From the IMG/VR virus record IMGVR_UViG_3300043548_000722, positions 43,651 to 107,650 of that record: a stretch of DNA of 64,000 bases, one strand, 5' to 3'. Below the pieces are notes generated by a model. The model saw only the letters and a program-made list of their open reading frames with translations, was not told the origin of the DNA and ran no database searches. Made by a program: the position numbers and the translations under genes. Source of the DNA: a virus. This document shows, piece by piece, positions 55,701-62,859 of the stretch (its first letter is position 1; each line of letters begins with the position of its first letter).

Positions 55701-56124
55701 TGCTCATCTCCCGGAACTGCTGGATGTGCTTACAATCCTGCGCCTCTCCAGGCTGCGCAACAGACTTCTTGTACCTCCAGTCATTACAGGTACAGCCAAG
55801 TCTCTCCGATCCGCGCAGCTTCGTGATCTGATACGACTTGCCGCCGTCTCCGGGAATGTCAGCGATCTTCTTCCCGGTCTTGAGACGGTTCATGGAGTCG
55901 GCGTACTGAAGTAGCTTGGGGTCCGTCATTGGATCCGCGCCAAGCTGCTTTACGAACGACTTTCTCGCGGTGTTGTCCGTGAAACGGTCCCAGTCCTTTT
56001 TCTCTGAGGACTGGAACTGCTCTACACGTTCTTGTGCCTTCTTCTTCTCGCGAGACTGAACTGCCGCAGTCGTTCCGGCTGCTCCCAGTCCTACAGCGGC
56101 AAGCGGGAGAAGCAACTTCGGCAT
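52735..56124 (-). CDS. Six-module polyvalent protein: SWIM, nucleotidyltransferase, SNF2-like helicase, RNase-like, permuted papain (C92-like), HNH
   Basis: CTC...CKH; VGS...DID; GAGKT/DEAH/TGT/QVIGRGVR; HVEDRIAER...VKTV; GDILL...HSAIYVG...FICGNLV; DHKTPLSKGG...NLRAV...N. Confidence 0.9.
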   Translation of the reverse strand: MPKLLLPLAAVGLGAAGTTAAVQSREKKKAQERVEQFQSSEKKDWDRFTDNTARKSFVKQLGADPMTDPKLLQYADSMNRLKTGKKIADIPGDGGKSYQITKLRGSERLGCTCNDWRYKKSVAQPGEAQDCKHIQQFREMSKTAAARFQDNLPNPVIDGKPHDGTWTIVGSGRLSIPKKTSDIDYMVPLEEIGDLSSFNEYKDVPGAYWKDLDPVKGRPATVVAVPRYAYDKIDASYQQAVDRFGKRKLRQLKKTLPKDSFYKDIGVVYTSDAMKKEAAEVISALKPHQERVLRKIENSDGVIVAHRVGAGKTLTSIAAAVNSGLPIEVVTPASLTPNYEKELKKHVRGEVTARIRSYEKATRDAKEGKGIDTSRFLVIDEAHRLRNSGTLAASLLRADAAKAQKRLLLTGTALYNQPSDIAPLANIAAGKAVLPADPSGFDAKFIQETEVSPGLLQGLLGVQPGIKRSLKNRKALIDALTGRIDLHDEASASDFPVQVEEKIRVPMSETQHAVYETVMGAAPLHVRMKIKAGLPPSKQEAKDLNAFVAGGRQASLSPRPYVKEMTDIEERLSTPKIQEAVSRLRAMSKTDPNFRGVVYSNYVEAGLRPYEKSLQRTGIKFETLTGALTAKQKAQLVENYNSGKTPVLLVSSSGTEGLDLKGTKLVQVLEPHWNNSKIDQVIGRGVRYQSHHHLPPEERKVVVQRYYSTIPQGNISSLLNLDPGKSTEEWIQDRADEKTELARQMREVFQRASLIETKKEAGHVEDRIAERAPGAEPEVNTLRAKLRNMKLRKGQTYHIPLKRGRGYAVVGDVGNRHVVKTVLGPSMRPPGERLKVAEVADSVSRIRSKLKEGDILLMTPKQHSNQPALLSAPSAVFTRISTALQGSHAHSAIYVGKDRVVEARIEDGVQKRNLEEALDGIQSAIVVRPKASKKVREGAANFAESRVGRDYDSLAFLAGQGASLLIPEKMAKNLISRKQNPEDADKFICGNLVSASYAANGFSPNGEKHWDLTVPRDFLNPNTNKKVGVIGDPKSHNAILGRFAEQTKISSYGDRKRDYKKEYAEYHAKPEQVENRSLRNQARRKLGLKKGDPREADHKTPLSKGGGNGHGNLRAVSRKTNRTKFTDPA

Positions 56125-56134
56125 CGGCGGATTC

Positions 56135-56779
56135 CTACGCGGTGATGAACGCTCGGAAACGAGACTCGAGAGATGACCCGGAGAGAATGTCCTTTAGGAT
56201 GTTCTGAAGGGGATAGATGGTCAGCCCCTTGTTTCTCCGTGCAGTCTCGGCATCGTAAGACCGGCCCATCATAACCGTCCGAGGATCAGTTGCGCTATAC
56301 TTCGCGTAGATGTCGGCGTTGCTGCCCAACATGCGCCACCACCACGCAAGTCTCTCCGCTGCCTGATCGATGGATGTGCGGTAGAAGATCGAGTCCCCGA
56401 TGTCTGTCAGCCGATGCGCGACCTGACACCTCGGGCAGACAATGATGCCTGTGTCCTGGGCAAGATCTCCCGAGATCAGATTGTTGCACCCAGTCTGAGT
56501 AGGTGCCTTCGAGAAGGCCATCTCCGCAGGGCTGATCTTCGGTGCGTCCTGGTTGCGACGGCAGATGAAGAGCATCTCATCTCCGCCTCCATGTAGGCGC
56601 TTCCCCGATTCCCAGAAGGAGAGGGAATACGCAACGGGCTTGTGGAGAGAACGCTCCGAACGGAACCAGATCTGGATCTTGTATTTCGCCTTCTTGGCCG
56701 CCTCCTCGGCTGCCTTGATGTTCTCGGCTTCAATCTTGGAGGCGAGCTCTACGCTCAGGGTCTGCATACTCATGGTCAT
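56135..56779 (-). CDS. Hypothetical Zn-binding protein, 214 aa
   Basis: WESGKRLHGGGDEMLFIC...GC...CPRC; GGAG RBS. Confidence 0.75.
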   Translation of the reverse strand: MTMSMQTLSVELASKIEAENIKAAEEAAKKAKYKIQIWFRSERSLHKPVAYSLSFWESGKRLHGGGDEMLFICRRNQDAPKISPAEMAFSKAPTQTGCNNLISGDLAQDTGIIVCPRCQVAHRLTDIGDSIFYRTSIDQAAERLAWWWRMLGSNADIYAKYSATDPRTVMMGRSYDAETARRNKGLTIYPLQNILKDILSGSSLESRFRAFITA

Positions 56780-57321
56780 TCTCCGCTTGCAACAGTGACG
56801 TACGCGCCCTTGCGCTTGTCGCCGAACTTCTTGGTGACGCCCTCACCGGGATTGTTCCGAGGCCCTCGAGTCGCAAACGGAAGACGAACGGTTCGAATGA
56901 TCCGGATACCGTCATCCGTCATGACCCTCCGCTCGCCCAGCAAGTCGGATGAGGCTGGGATCTCTGGCGCGTTCTCTTGTGCGCGCGCAGGTTTGGTCGC
57001 GACCGGAGCTGGCGGCACCGCGGCCTTCTTGTTCGGGTCGCAGAGGATTGGCCCAAGATCGGCGTAGGCTGTGTGTAGCATCCCGCCTACGTCCAAGCTC
57101 CAAAAGAAGGTGGGCCTACCTTCTTTGATGGCGTACTCTTTGCGGACACGGATGGCGTAGTCTTCCTCATCCTCGGCAAAGCGAAGAAGATCGATGAGTG
57201 CCAACTCCCATGCCGCAGAGTCCTTCACGCGGAAGAGGACCTGATGACTGGCGTTTGAGTCGTCCCGCTCTTCGTGAATCAGCTCGATATAGTTCGAGCG
57301 TTTAATGTAGGGTTTAAACAT
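56776..57321 (-). CDS. Hypothetical protein, 181 aa
   Basis: Start at MFKPYI via TAATG overlap. Confidence 0.7.
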   Translation of the reverse strand: MFKPYIKRSNYIELIHEERDDSNASHQVLFRVKDSAAWELALIDLLRFAEDEEDYAIRVRKEYAIKEGRPTFFWSLDVGGMLHTAYADLGPILCDPNKKAAVPPAPVATKPARAQENAPEIPASSDLLGERRVMTDDGIRIIRTVRLPFATRGPRNNPGEGVTKKFGDKRKGAYVTVASGE

Positions 57322-57668
57322 TACCATTCCTTCATGGCGCGGTCGATGAGCTGGTAGACCTGTCCGAGGATTGACGGCCCCTCGTCGTCTGATGCAGTCT
57401 TCACAGCAGGCATTTCCTCCCACTGCAAGTGCTTGCACGGCTCTCCTCCCGCAAGCTCGTCGAGAGACGTGCCCTCGGGCTCTCCGCCTTCTCGCGGATA
57501 TGCGCAACAGATGTTCTCTTGGCAGATTTCTGGCTGACAAGAGCCGTGACGGTCAGCCCCGATAAAGGAGAAGGTACACCCCGGAGGGATGAAATGATGG
57601 ACTTGCGGGTAGTCCCGACAGAACTGGGGTCTCGTCGGATAGATGCCACAGCGACCGACACAAGCCAT
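57321..57668 (-). CDS. Cys-rich YkgJ (CxxCxxCC)-like metal-binding protein, 115 aa
   Basis: GGAG RBS; CGIYPTRPQFCRDYP signature. Confidence 0.7.
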   Translation of the reverse strand: MACVGRCGIYPTRPQFCRDYPQVHHFIPPGCTFSFIGADRHGSCQPEICQENICCAYPREGGEPEGTSLDELAGGEPCKHLQWEEMPAVKTASDDEGPSILGQVYQLIDRAMKEW

Positions 57669-57669
57669 C

Positions 57670-58200
57670 TCAGTCTCCACTGACAACGAACGCGGTTGCG
57701 CGCTCGAAGTCTCGAATGAGAACACCCTTCGAGCTGCCACAGAGGAACACTGTGTTGCTCGGGGCCTGCGTATCTACATACACAGAGACACCGAAGACCT
57801 CTGTGAGACTTACATTTCTGAGCCAGTCTGTGAGGACGGCCTCTTCTGCAACGACAACTCCTGCGAGAGTCATCCCTTGTTTGCGAAGGTCTGCGACCGC
57901 GCTGCATACAAGATGCAGCGGATCCGACTTGTCCGCCTCAATGATGTCCAACTCACAGTACTGTCGCACGATCTGGTAGGGAGTCAGCAGCCCCGAGTCG
58001 AGGCCGAGCTCCTCTGTCTCGGCATCCATTAGGCGAGGGATCTCTACCTGGAGGTCTTCGCCCTTCTGGTACAGGATCCTCGTGGGCTTGTCCTTCCCTG
58101 CAAACAGAGTCTCGATTGCCGAGACTAGACCCTGCACAGTCTGACGCTGAAGCGGCACGACTTCACTGACCATGACCTTACGGCGTGGTTTGAGATTCAC
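57670..58200 (-). CDS. Hypothetical protein, 176 aa
   Basis: GAGGTG RBS before GTG. Confidence 0.7.
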   Translation of the reverse strand: MNLKPRRKVMVSEVVPLQRQTVQGLVSAIETLFAGKDKPTRILYQKGEDLQVEIPRLMDAETEELGLDSGLLTPYQIVRQYCELDIIEADKSDPLHLVCSAVADLRKQGMTLAGVVVAEEAVLTDWLRNVSLTEVFGVSVYVDTQAPSNTVFLCGSSKGVLIRDFERATAFVVSGD

Positions 58201-58348
58201 TTCTCACCTCGCGCTTCTTCAGCCATTCAATGAAGTCTCTCATCATCTGGCTGATGGAGAGATCGTGTGCTTCGGCATACTGCCGCAGGAAGATGTGCTG
58301 CCCTTCTGTGACTCGCACCTGTATCCTGCGCTCTTTTGGTGAAGGCAT
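58178..58348 (-). CDS. Ribbon-helix-helix DNA-binding protein, 56 aa (absent from ORF track)
   Basis: MPSPKERRIQVRVTEGQHIFLRQYAEAHDLSISQMMRDFIEWLKKREVRSESQTTP: alternating strand + two helices; fills the gap. Confidence 0.75.
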   Translation of the reverse strand: MPSPKERRIQVRVTEGQHIFLRQYAEAHDLSISQMMRDFIEWLKKREVRSESQTTP

Positions 58349-58350
58349 GA

Positions 58351-58686
58351 CTACACCCGGTATTCGCCGTGAATGCCGATTGTGCCGGATCCCTCCACAA
58401 CTGCAAGGACGTCCTTCACGTTGAGAAGGAAAAACTCGCAGTCGCGGTCACTGCCCATCAGATGTCCCACCTGATTCGCAAACCGAAGAAACCCTCGGTA
58501 AACAATCCTATCACCGACCTCGACGCCGGCCGGGCCCACCCTCGGGGCGGTGACCGCTACAACTTCGGCCACGCCTTCAGTCTTGACGTCTTTGTCGACG
58601 TCAGTCGGGATGTAGAGACCTGCGATGGTGGTCGTGGAGTGTGGGACTGTCTTGCACAGAGCCCATCCCGGCATCGGTGTCAGCAT
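58351..58686 (-). CDS. groES: GroES-like co-chaperonin
   Basis: LTPMPGWAL...TIAGLYIP...AEVVAV...VEVGDRIVY...FLLNVKDVLAVVE. Confidence 0.85.
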   Translation of the reverse strand: MLTPMPGWALCKTVPHSTTTIAGLYIPTDVDKDVKTEGVAEVVAVTAPRVGPAGVEVGDRIVYRGFLRFANQVGHLMGSDRDCEFFLLNVKDVLAVVEGSGTIGIHGEYRV

Positions 58687-58688
58687 GA

Positions 58689-59060
58689 TCAAGCCTGCAC
58701 AAAGCCAGGGAGGTCAGTGTCGGACGACGGCAAATGGGGGACTGCGGAGGGCGAAGTTACCTCCTTCTGCACAGTCGTTACCCCTTTGACCTTTCCGTAG
58801 GCGTCGAACCTCTTGTCCTGCGGAACCGCGTCCAGCTGCTCAAGCAGCCATTCCGGCGCCTTCTTACGCCGCGCGTTGTCAAAGAGGCCATCCATCGTCT
58901 CGGCCCAGTACACATCGGGGCCGCAACGCCAGACGGCGATCGCACGGATCTCTCCGTTCTTGTCGACGATCTGGACCTGCATCATGACTACGTCAGCGGT
59001 CGCGATCACTTGGCGGCGGACTGTCGGGTGAAACTGGGTCTTCTTGGGTGCGGCGGCCAT
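58689..59060 (-). CDS. Hypothetical protein, 123 aa
   Basis: AAGGA RBS; operon tiling. Confidence 0.7.
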   Translation of the reverse strand: MAAAPKKTQFHPTVRRQVIATADVVMMQVQIVDKNGEIRAIAVWRCGPDVYWAETMDGLFDNARRKKAPEWLLEQLDAVPQDKRFDAYGKVKGVTTVQKEVTSPSAVPHLPSSDTDLPGFVQA

Positions 59061-59310
59061 TGGTGTTCCTTGTCAGTAGTGTGGAGATTCCGGGGACGAT
59101 GGCAACAGGGACTTCACATCCACAGGTGTAGACAGGAGTCTCTGTCTCGAAGTCGTTTACGATCCGCACGGCCTCATTACAGATGGAGCACAGATCGTTG
59201 TCGATTCCGACCAGCGGAGGCAGGTCTTCCATCATCAGGCCCTTGTTCTTGAGAGCCTGAATGATCATGTCAAGCTTGTACTCAATGCGCACAAGCGCGA
59301 GCTTGTTCAC
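58993..59310 (-). CDS. Small Zn-finger protein
   Basis: CSIC...CGC. Confidence 0.6.
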   Translation of the reverse strand: MNKLALVRIEYKLDMIIQALKNKGLMMEDLPPLVGIDNDLCSICNEAVRIVNDFETETPVYTCGCEVPVAIVPGISTLLTRNTNGRRTQEDPVSPDSPPPSDRDR

Positions 59311-59657
59311 AGGTCATCCTCGTCATCTACGAGAAGATGCTTCTGAGGGGTGCCCATCTTGTACGAACGCGGGATCTTGACGGGAGCCTCGTCACCCTCA
59401 TCGTCCGGGTGAGAGAACTTGGGAATCGGTCGGAAGGTAGGAGGAGCCTCAGCTTCCTCCTCATCGTTCGCGTCCTCTTCCTGGGCCTCCTGGGGCATCG
59501 AGCCCGAGTGAGGAGATGCATTCGCAAGCAGAGTTGCGGCCTGATCCTCACTGATTTGGAACCGGAACTCTCCGGCCGGGCCCTTGGCCAGGACGTAGAG
59601 ACCGCGCTCCTCGCCAGAGAAGGAATGGATGTCCATGAGTCCGAGTAGTACGATCAC
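59307..59657 (-). CDS. Acidic hypothetical protein, 116 aa
   Basis: AGGAG RBS, GTGA overlaps. Confidence 0.65.
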   Translation of the reverse strand: MIVLLGLMDIHSFSGEERGLYVLAKGPAGEFRFQISEDQAATLLANASPHSGSMPQEAQEEDANDEEEAEAPPTFRPIPKFSHPDDEGDEAPVKIPRSYKMGTPQKHLLVDDEDDL

Positions 59658-60019
59658 TGCTTTCTCCTGACAGTCTTGAGGCGGGGAGCCTTCCCGGGGG
59701 CCATCCCCTGTTCCACCGGCTTGACCTTGATGTGCTGCATCTTCTTGAGTCCATCGAGTCGGTCGTGCATGCTTTTGCGCTCCTTCTCAACGGTCGCCTT
59801 GTTGACGAGGTTTTGGTACTCCTTGAAGGCCTCGGTCGCTGAGTCCCCTCCGAGTGCTGCCTGCGCGACTGCGCGGGTTTCTGCGACGCGGAGAGATGTT
59901 CGGGACTTCCAGACCATCAAGTGAAGTGCCTCGTGCAGCGACCCAAACCTGGGCATTGGCGCCTTGTCATAGATGACGTTGGCGCGTGCCCAGCCGAGAG
60001 GAGTGCTTAGCCATTTCCC
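59654..60019 (-). CDS. -1 frame C-terminal extension (gpT-like part) of tail assembly chaperone
   Basis: Frame open from G GGA AAT (60019-60013): GKWLSTPLGWARANVIYDK...; no good own RBS/start near its 5' end. Confidence 0.7.
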   Translation of the reverse strand, partial: GKWLSTPLGWARANVIYDKAPMPRFGSLHEALHLMVWKSRTSLRVAETRAVAQAALGGDSATEAFKEYQNLVNKATVEKERKSMHDRLDGLKKMQHIKVKPVEQGMAPGKAPRLKTVRRKQ

Positions 60020-60741
60020 AGCACCTCCATTGTGAGACCCTTGGTCACGCGCTCGAGGAACCACACCAAGTTCTGGGTGATGAGCTGGAACACGGGCGAT
60101 GACAGCTTACGGACGTGCCCGAGTCGCTTTTCAATCGCGGCCTCGTGGATCTCGCCGTTCACCACCGTAGGAGGCCAGCGGTTCCCATTTACAGAGAAAA
60201 TGTGGAAGCTGAGCGCCAGTTCATTGGAAGAACGCAGGAACACGCGCGCAGTGGCCTCCTTGTTCTTCGACAGCTGCGTATCGACGTACGCCTCTTCCAT
60301 ATCGGTCACGGAGCGGAACACGACCTCCAGCTTTCCGGGAATGATCGGAACAGCCTGGGTCACTTCGCCGTTCATCAGATACTGGCCAATATCGATTCCT
60401 TCACGCAGGCGAGACTCGACCGCACGGCGCAGCTTTTCGTTCTCGTCCAGCTCCTTCTCGGGCGCTTCAGTCCTTGCCTCTGGTGCGTTCGTCTCTTCGT
60501 CCTCCTCCTGCGGAGGCGGCACCTGGGCAGCAAGCGCAGACAGTCCCGCCGTTGTCTGGGGAGATAGCTGTGTCTTGGGCGCCTGCCGACTTTCCCAGGA
60601 CTTCTGCGTGTCCTCAAACGAGGGCGTGCCAGTCATATCCTTGGGACGGTCAGGAACGCGGGCAGCCTTGGCGCGCTCGATCACTTCGGCGTACTTCGAG
60701 CCCTTCGGAGGCGGATCGTGGAACGTCGTCGGCTTGGTCAT
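60007..60741 (-). CDS. Tail assembly chaperone-like protein (gpG-like), 244 aa
   Basis: LEVVFRSVT...SVNG...; ends LGNG* on an X XXY YYZ slippery heptamer. Confidence 0.65.
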   Translation of the reverse strand: MTKPTTFHDPPPKGSKYAEVIERAKAARVPDRPKDMTGTPSFEDTQKSWESRQAPKTQLSPQTTAGLSALAAQVPPPQEEDEETNAPEARTEAPEKELDENEKLRRAVESRLREGIDIGQYLMNGEVTQAVPIIPGKLEVVFRSVTDMEEAYVDTQLSKNKEATARVFLRSSNELALSFHIFSVNGNRWPPTVVNGEIHEAAIEKRLGHVRKLSSPVFQLITQNLVWFLERVTKGLTMEVLGNG

Positions 60742-61175
60742 TTGTCTTCTTCCTCGAGTAGCGCCGCATAGCTACGGCTTTTGATTCGTGATGTGGGTGC
60801 GTGGGTCTCTGTTCCCTGCGGGGTGATGTCACTCCCCCGGTAATACGGACCCTGTGTCCCTTGGGCGTGCGAACCCCCCTCGGGCTGCATCCAGACCGAA
60901 GAGCGCGGTACGCCGTACAGTCGATTCCCACAGCTCGTGCACTGATGGATCTTCTGTCCGGTTAGCGGAGTTCGGATCGTGAAGCTGGTGCTCCCGCACT
61001 TGCACTTAAGCGGTGCCTTCGTTGGCTTCTTGACGCCACCGATCGCATCGATGATGTCGTCAGCGGCCGAGCGCATTGTTCCCGTCGCCGCCCCTGGCTT
61101 GGCGACTTGCGCTTCTTTGTGAAAATCCTCTACCCGCGCCGGCTTGAGGAACTCTTCCAGATCGTCGTCTTCCAT
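60738..61175 (-). CDS. Zn-ribbon protein, 145 aa
   Basis: CKCGSTSF...CTSCG. Confidence 0.7.
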   Translation of the reverse strand: MEDDDLEEFLKPARVEDFHKEAQVAKPGAATGTMRSAADDIIDAIGGVKKPTKAPLKCKCGSTSFTIRTPLTGQKIHQCTSCGNRLYGVPRSSVWMQPEGGSHAQGTQGPYYRGSDITPQGTETHAPTSRIKSRSYAALLEEEDK

Positions 61176-61206
61176 GTGCGAGTTGTACTCACACTTGTAC
61201 GCACAG

Positions 61207-61857
61207 TCAAGAAAGTTTTATAACGATTGTCTCATTCATCTGGGCAGGAGCCGCAGTAAGTCCGCTTGCGGACAACAGTTCTCGCTCCTCCACGCCGTAG
61301 ATGTGAAGAACTACTTCACTGAGTCCGGATGGCACAGTGAAATTGATCTCTACATAGTCAGGCATGTCGTTGACGCTGGTGACTGCGCACCCAACGGTCA
61401 ATGAGTCCACAGTGGGAGCAAGAGTAATCCCCGAGCCGCGCGTAGAGACCTCGGAGTAGCAAAGCTCGATCAGTGCAGTGTAGACTCCGGCAGCAAACGT
61501 AACGCTCTTGGCCGCCAGCACTTCTTCTGCGGCACTACGTCCCTTTGAGGACTGTGGAACGCGTACGCCATCACGGATCGTGTATGGGCAGAACGTGATC
61601 TTTCTCCGATTGCGCGCTGATCGGTATGCATTCAGAAGCGGGTTGGAGCTGGGAGTCGTCCACCACTCAGTCACCTTCTTGAACGCGTCAAGGAGATGCA
61701 CGATCTCCGTTGCCTCCCCACTCGGAGGCGGAGCGGGTCTGCCGAGTCTCGCTCTTCGGCCGATCTGGTTCTTGACTGCCAGAACTTCTGGCACCACAGG
61801 TGCGCCAGACACTTCTGCTGCGATCTCCACTCCAGGATCGGCGATTAGGCTACTCAT
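61207..61857 (-). CDS. Hypothetical protein, 216 aa
   Basis: GGAG RBS, overlap with upstream gene. Confidence 0.7.
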   Translation of the reverse strand: MSSLIADPGVEIAAEVSGAPVVPEVLAVKNQIGRRARLGRPAPPPSGEATEIVHLLDAFKKVTEWWTTPSSNPLLNAYRSARNRRKITFCPYTIRDGVRVPQSSKGRSAAEEVLAAKSVTFAAGVYTALIELCYSEVSTRGSGITLAPTVDSLTVGCAVTSVNDMPDYVEINFTVPSGLSEVVLHIYGVEERELLSASGLTAAPAQMNETIVIKLS

Positions 61858-62099
61858 CTACGCTGTCTCCGAACAAAGGACTGTAAGAGACTAACCAACC
61901 CCAATGGATCATCTTGCAGATCTGCGGGCTCAACTGCGCGGACGGTGTCTCCGTCGCGCATTCGATACTCCATCCCGACACGCTTCCAGCCGTCCGCTCC
62001 ACGCACCTCAACTCCTCTACGTGCAAATTTATCAACTTGCCCCGTTCTACGAGCAAAAGATGCGACGGTTTCTCCTGGGGCTGCCACTTTTTTTAGCAT
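61854..62099 (-). CDS. Small beta-grasp (TGS/ThiS-like) protein, 81 aa
   Basis: PGETVASFA...RVGMEYRMRDGDTVRAV. Confidence 0.5.
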   Translation of the reverse strand: MLKKVAAPGETVASFARRTGQVDKFARRGVEVRGADGWKRVGMEYRMRDGDTVRAVEPADLQDDPLGLVSLLQSFVRRQRR

Positions 62100-62105
62100 G
62101 ACTAC

Positions 62106-62133
62106 TTGCGCTCTTGTAAGAACTTCATATACT
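62106..62133 (+). promoter_or_regulatory. Sigma-70-like promoter
   Basis: TTGCGC-16 nt-TATACT upstream of ATG 62174. Confidence 0.45.
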
Positions 62134-62173
62134 CATTTTGACTCGCCGAAGTAGCGAGCAACAGGAGAATAAC

Positions 62174-62518
62174 ATGGCACGCGGACGCATCGGCTCACTG
62201 AGCCGCAAGACCTTCTTTCCGAGCACCGGCGACCAAATGGAGAACACCGCTGATGGTGTTGTCTTCGCGTGTGTCCGGAGCAACAAGTTCGAAACCAACG
62301 GCTCGGTGATCCAGTACGGGCTGCTCCAGGGCGTCTCCTCTGATGGTGAGACGTTCTTCCGCTCGATTGACTCTGAGGACAAGGATTGGCTCAACGGCGT
62401 GACGACCATCCGCCGCCTCCTGCAGGCCGAGGGCGTGTGGCGTACCTACACCTGGGCTGAGGAGACCGGCACCTGGCGTCAGGTCCGCGTCTCTGACGGG
62501 CTGCTCCAGAGCGCCTGA
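62174..62518 (+). CDS. Hypothetical protein, 114 aa
   Basis: AGGAG RBS, strong GC3 bias. Confidence 0.85.
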   Translation: MARGRIGSLSRKTFFPSTGDQMENTADGVVFACVRSNKFETNGSVIQYGLLQGVSSDGETFFRSIDSEDKDWLNGVTTIRRLLQAEGVWRTYTWAEETGTWRQVRVSDGLLQSA

Positions 62519-62555
62519 GTTTAAGGCTGGATCCCACAGCTCTCCCCGATTAGCA

Positions 62556-62564
62556 GTCATAAGA
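62556..62564 (+). promoter_or_regulatory. Putative promoter motif GTCATAAGA
   Basis: Shared motif upstream of RBS/ATG 62589. Confidence 0.5.
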
Positions 62565-62588
62565 ACGCTAGACAAAGAGGGAGAAGTT

Positions 62589-62759
62589 ATGTGGGATCTG
62601 GCCACGCTCAGGAAGCTGAATGACGAACGATGTGCTTACCTCAAAAATCCCAGAGAAACTGGGTATAAGAATTGTGCCGAAGGTCTTAGCGGCGGAACCG
62701 AACTACGTCCAGATCGCAATGGGCTGGTACGCCCAGTACGAGAAGACCGGAAGCCATGA
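62589..62759 (+). CDS. Small hypothetical protein, 56 aa (MWDLATLRKLNDER...)
   Basis: GAGGGAG RBS; overlaps next ORF, so 3' part uncertain. Confidence 0.4.
   Translation: MWDLATLRKLNDERCAYLKNPRETGYKNCAEGLSGGTELRPDRNGLVRPVREDRKP
62643..62670 (+). promoter_or_regulatory. Putative promoter AAAAATCC...AAACTGGGTATAAGA
   Basis: Near copy of 47192-47221. Confidence 0.5.
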
Positions 62760-62856
62760 TGCCTTGATGCAGTCAAGGCATTTTGCGGGTGTGGCGCACG
62801 AAATGGGTCAGGCAATTTTGCTGGACGATCCTACACAAGATGAACTGTTGAGGTGA
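62674..62856 (+). CDS. Small hypothetical protein (start uncertain)
   Basis: MPKVLAAEPNYVQIAMGWY...; part of ORF 62620-62856. Confidence 0.55.
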   Translation: MPKVLAAEPNYVQIAMGWYAQYEKTGSHDALMQSRHFAGVAHEMGQAILLDDPTQDELLR

Positions 62857-62859
62857 TTC

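Noticed and set aside
60010-60030. GGAGG + ATG as an independent start for the 59654-60064 frame
   Set aside because: That ATG is in the third frame and closes after about 15 codons
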